A stretch of DNA of 64,000 nt, from NCBI GenBank assembly GCA_965205025.1, contig CBDBFU010000028.1, positions 160,001 to 224,000 of the forward strand. Reading direction: 5' to 3'. Source of the DNA: Candidatus Poribacteria bacterium (GTDB lineage Bacteria; Poribacteria; WGA-4E; WGA-3G). The notes below the pieces were generated by a model. That model saw only the letters and a program-made list of their open reading frames with translations. It ran no database searches and was not told the DNA's origin. Below are positions 60,928-64,000 of this stretch, in pieces; positions within the stretch are counted from its first letter, which is position 1; each line of letters begins with the position of its first letter. Position numbers and translations under genes: made by a program.

Positions 60928-61132
60928 AGAAGAGACTAATGAATAAATTAATACCTATGGTGACAAAAAGTTTACACACCCCATTAGTTGCTGTAGGTTG
61001 ACTACTACCAATATATGTGATATATTAATTATGCATTTTTTGAAGAAAATTGATTAATGACCATCAAATATAATAATTTATGTCTAATTTTAAAATTAAC
61101 CAATATCTGTTGTGAATGGAGTTGACTATTAT

Positions 61133-62062
61133 ATGGAGCGAATCGTTGCATTTATCCTGATCATAACCTTTACACTCATAGGTAGATTTGTTTCTGCGGA
61201 TAACACCGATATACACGAAAATGCAGGCACACGCGCTATGACGTTCCTAAAAATCGGGGTTGGGGCAAAAGGTATGGGGATGGGTGAATCTCAGGTGGCT
61301 GCCACTGATGATATTTACGCATCCTTTTGGAATCCAGCTGGTCTCGTAAGACTACAAAGACCAGGACTCGCGTTAATGCATAATGAATGGTTTGCTGGAA
61401 TCAATCATGAATTTGTCGGTTTTGCATTTCCTCTTACCAGCAATGATATCACTGGAGTAAGTGCTAATTTTTTATCATTTGGAGAATTGCAAGGACGTGA
61501 TCAAGATGGGAATGAAACTACTGTTTTTAGACCCTACGATTTGGCAATAGCGGTATCATACGCACGGAAAATCCGTACCATGGCATTGGGTTTTAATGCA
61601 AAATACCTACGAGAACAGATAGCTGACGAGAATGGTACTGGAATTGCATTTGACTTCGGTGGATTATATACATTCACACAGGTTCCTGTTTCAATAGGTT
61701 TTAACGCGCAAAACGTTGGTCCACGAGTTCAATATGTTGAAGATGCATTTGAATTGCCTTTCACACTCAGATTAGGTGCAGCATATACTTTGTGGGATGA
61801 TGCTTGTGTATTATCTATAGACTTCATACGTCCTACAGATAATGACAATGGAGTAGGTGCTGGAATAGCATATAATATTGCTAATGTATTGCAAATCAGA
61901 ACTGGGTATAAATATACATTTGGAGGAAATGACTTAGGTGCTTTATCAGGTCTTCGCTCTGGATTTGGATTAACTCTCAAACGATTTCAAATAGATTATG
62001 CACTTATTCCTTTTGGTGTCTTGGGATTAACACACCGATTTTCACTGATTGCTACTTTTTAA
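61133..62062 (+). CDS. Second PorV/PorQ-like outer-membrane beta-barrel
   Basis: FLKIGVGAKGMGMGE..A..DD..A.FWNPAGL; C-terminal DYALIPFG.LG.THRFSL..F. Confidence 0.88.
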   Translation: MERIVAFILIITFTLIGRFVSADNTDIHENAGTRAMTFLKIGVGAKGMGMGESQVAATDDIYASFWNPAGLVRLQRPGLALMHNEWFAGINHEFVGFAFPLTSNDITGVSANFLSFGELQGRDQDGNETTVFRPYDLAIAVSYARKIRTMALGFNAKYLREQIADENGTGIAFDFGGLYTFTQVPVSIGFNAQNVGPRVQYVEDAFELPFTLRLGAAYTLWDDACVLSIDFIRPTDNDNGVGAGIAYNIANVLQIRTGYKYTFGGNDLGALSGLRSGFGLTLKRFQIDYALIPFGVLGLTHRFSLIATF

Positions 62063-62078
62063 CATTTAGACTTACCTA

Positions 62079-62220
62079 ACGTGAGTTTGATAAGACACAT
62101 TGTAACCCGAACTTTTAGTTAACACCAGAGTGCACAAACTGGAAAGTTTGTGCTACAAAGACTATCTTCAGGGCGAAGTTCTGTTTGTCGAACTGACATT
62201 TTTTATTATCAAACTGGCGT
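62079..62220. mobile_element. IS982-like MITE with 6-bp TSD carrying REP-B
   Basis: ACGTGAGTTTGATAA / TTATCAAACTGGCGT; DR TACCTA at 62073-62078 and 62221-62226. Confidence 0.8.
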
Positions 62221-62918
62221 TACCTACCATTATATTCTGTTGCGGCTTCTATAAATGCTTTGAATAATTTGCGTCTGTGCTCCTTAAATTCACCTGAAGT
62301 AGTCATCCTTTCTGGATGATATTGCACTCCAACCACAAACCTTTTACTCGGATCCTCTATAGCCTCAACGGTATCATCAATTGTACATAATGCTGTCACA
62401 ACAAAACCTTCTCCCAGTTTCTTCACAGACTGATGGTGGGCAGAATTAACTCCATCCATCTCCATTTCTATTACTCTACCAATTAAATTCTCTTGTTCTA
62501 ATTCAATTTTTATTGTATGTTCTGAATCCGTTCCATCTCCTCTTTTTGAATGTGAGTCTATATGTTGGTGAAGACTACCACCTGTCGCTACATTCATGAC
62601 TTGAATTCCCCGACAGATACCGAAAACAGGAATGTCCTTCTCAATAGCCTTTTCATACAAGTCAAATTCCAATTCATCGCGGTTTATATTCACATATTGT
62701 GTTCTTGGATCCATTTCTTCATCATAATAATCTGGATCTATATCTCCGCCACCAGGCAATAAGAGTCCTTGGATGTCGTCAATCTGTTCTTCAGTTGACT
62801 TTTCATCACGAATTAATAGTACTACCTCTCCTCCGAATTCCTCCAATGTATTCACATAATTTGCGAAATCATGACTACCATCCCTGTTCACTACTGGAAT
62901 GCCGATTTTTGGTTTCAT
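62220..62918 (-). CDS. Gamma-glutamyl-gamma-aminobutyrate hydrolase family (peptidase C26, PuuD-like)
   Basis: GLLLPGGGDIDP..Y, PVFGICRGIQ.MNVA.GG.L.Q, VNS.HHQ, GVQYHPE. Confidence 0.9.
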   Translation of the reverse strand: MKPKIGIPVVNRDGSHDFANYVNTLEEFGGEVVLLIRDEKSTEEQIDDIQGLLLPGGGDIDPDYYDEEMDPRTQYVNINRDELEFDLYEKAIEKDIPVFGICRGIQVMNVATGGSLHQHIDSHSKRGDGTDSEHTIKIELEQENLIGRVIEMEMDGVNSAHHQSVKKLGEGFVVTALCTIDDTVEAIEDPSKRFVVGVQYHPERMTTSGEFKEHRRKLFKAFIEAATEYNGR

Positions 62919-63071
62919 CTATATTTCTCCTTTCAAAGCAATAATGCTTTTCTATGATTATCATACTAAATTTAATTATATCCAATACCTACATTGATAA
63001 CAAGCAAGAGTTATGGGAGGCAAACTCTATGGTGTTTGCAAAAAGAGGGCATGCATGTTATAATATAGCAC

Positions 63072-63866
63072 ATGGAATTTATGTTGGACATGGATCCTGG
63101 AAGTACAGTTTCTATCACTGAGGATGGAGAATCTATACTCACCTATCATTATGGTGAATCTGTATGGCATCCATACTTTCATCCCGTCTATGCACCAAAT
63201 GGAGAGTTGATGACTAACGAGATAGAAGGAACGGAACAGAAATATCCATCAGGACTCTCTTTTTCATTTCGAACAGTACTTAATATAAAAAGGAATCCTG
63301 TTAAATTAACCAAAATTACCGACTTGATTAATCAAACACCCTCCGAAATAGAAGATGTGGTGGAGTTTACAAATTCAGTCATTTGGGAATCCTCGGAACT
63401 AAAATTACTACAGACAAATAATATCTATCTCTATCCCCTCCAAGATGGTGTTCGGATTATAGATCTATCAGTAGAAATGTCCACTAATTCAGATACTCTG
63501 TTGTTTGAGGACGGTCTGGGTCTGAGTTATAATGCTGTTGATATGGAGCATAGGAAGGTAGCAGATTCCGAAGGTAGAATCGGAGAATCTGAAGTAAACG
63601 GAAAAGAAGCAGACTGGGGAACATTGTGTGGTATTATTAATGATACTCCAGTTGGGAGTGCAATTCTACCTGATAACTCTAATGGTAAAACAGTTTTTCA
63701 TTCCGTAGATACACAACGTGGATACTTGTCTGCTCAGTACTCACCATTGACCCTCAATCCAGACGTAAAGCAGGCATTTAATTTTCGTTTTTTGGTCTAT
63801 CTTGGGGATCTATTTACCTTTGATGTACAAAAACACTTTACAAAATATATGAATGAGAAACATTAA
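63072..63866 (+). CDS. Hypothetical protein of the soluble 'PmoA-family' beta-sandwich type (not a methane monooxygenase)
   Basis: LTYHY...HPYFHPVYAPNGE..T, DSEGR.GE..NGK.A.W. Confidence 0.55.
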   Translation: MEFMLDMDPGSTVSITEDGESILTYHYGESVWHPYFHPVYAPNGELMTNEIEGTEQKYPSGLSFSFRTVLNIKRNPVKLTKITDLINQTPSEIEDVVEFTNSVIWESSELKLLQTNNIYLYPLQDGVRIIDLSVEMSTNSDTLLFEDGLGLSYNAVDMEHRKVADSEGRIGESEVNGKEADWGTLCGIINDTPVGSAILPDNSNGKTVFHSVDTQRGYLSAQYSPLTLNPDVKQAFNFRFLVYLGDLFTFDVQKHFTKYMNEKH

Positions 63867-64000
63867 TACTCTTACTGGAAAATCGTTCTCTAACTCATGA
63901 AAAATAGATCACCACTACCCATATATATTCCTAATTCCTCATCTTTGCCAGACGAGAAATTGATGTATAAGAACACTGATGTAAATAACAATACATCAAA

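Noticed and set aside
63072-63866. Particulate methane monooxygenase
   Set aside because: Soluble protein without TM helices and no pmoB/pmoC; only the family name overlaps
63890-64000. 3' end of a minus-strand CDS entering from the right edge
   Set aside because: Only 36 open codons, no motif, and another frame is also partly open

Overview
AT-rich bacterial chromosomal window from a diderm (lpxB, lpxK). The gene content suggests Candidatus Poribacteria or a relative; this is inferred from three phytanoyl-CoA dioxygenase-family genes, FlgD/T9SS-like 'NYPNPF...WDG...G.Y' C-terminal domains, PorV-like barrels and a membrane-tethered ECF sigma fusion. Housekeeping content: a tRNA(Thr,Tyr,Gly,Thr)-rpmG-tRNA(Trp)-secE-nusG-rplKAJL cluster without tuf or rpoBC, plus rpoZ, mqnC, ppiD-like, ogg, argC, lpxB, lpxK, dnaN, tRNA-Leu and a hemE-(MBL/TPR)-hemH-hemY operon. 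Accessory content: a 3310-aa Ig-repeat surface protein followed by a PorV-like barrel and a LysM coiled-coil protein; an ECF sigma factor fused through a TM helix to a C-type lectin domain; a degenerate AccA-like protein; an IS4-family element. The strongest unexplained signal is intergenic: a nested set of tiny non-autonomous mobile elements. These are several GTAG/GTAC-led REP-like hairpin families, IR-bounded MITE shells (several with exact target-site duplications) that carry those REPs, and a 35-nt micro-element sitting inside two unrelated hairpin repeats. At 55.2 kb they are stacked four layers deep. No CRISPR array, rRNA or RAYT gene was seen. All calls are by eye from sequence motifs; no searches were run.
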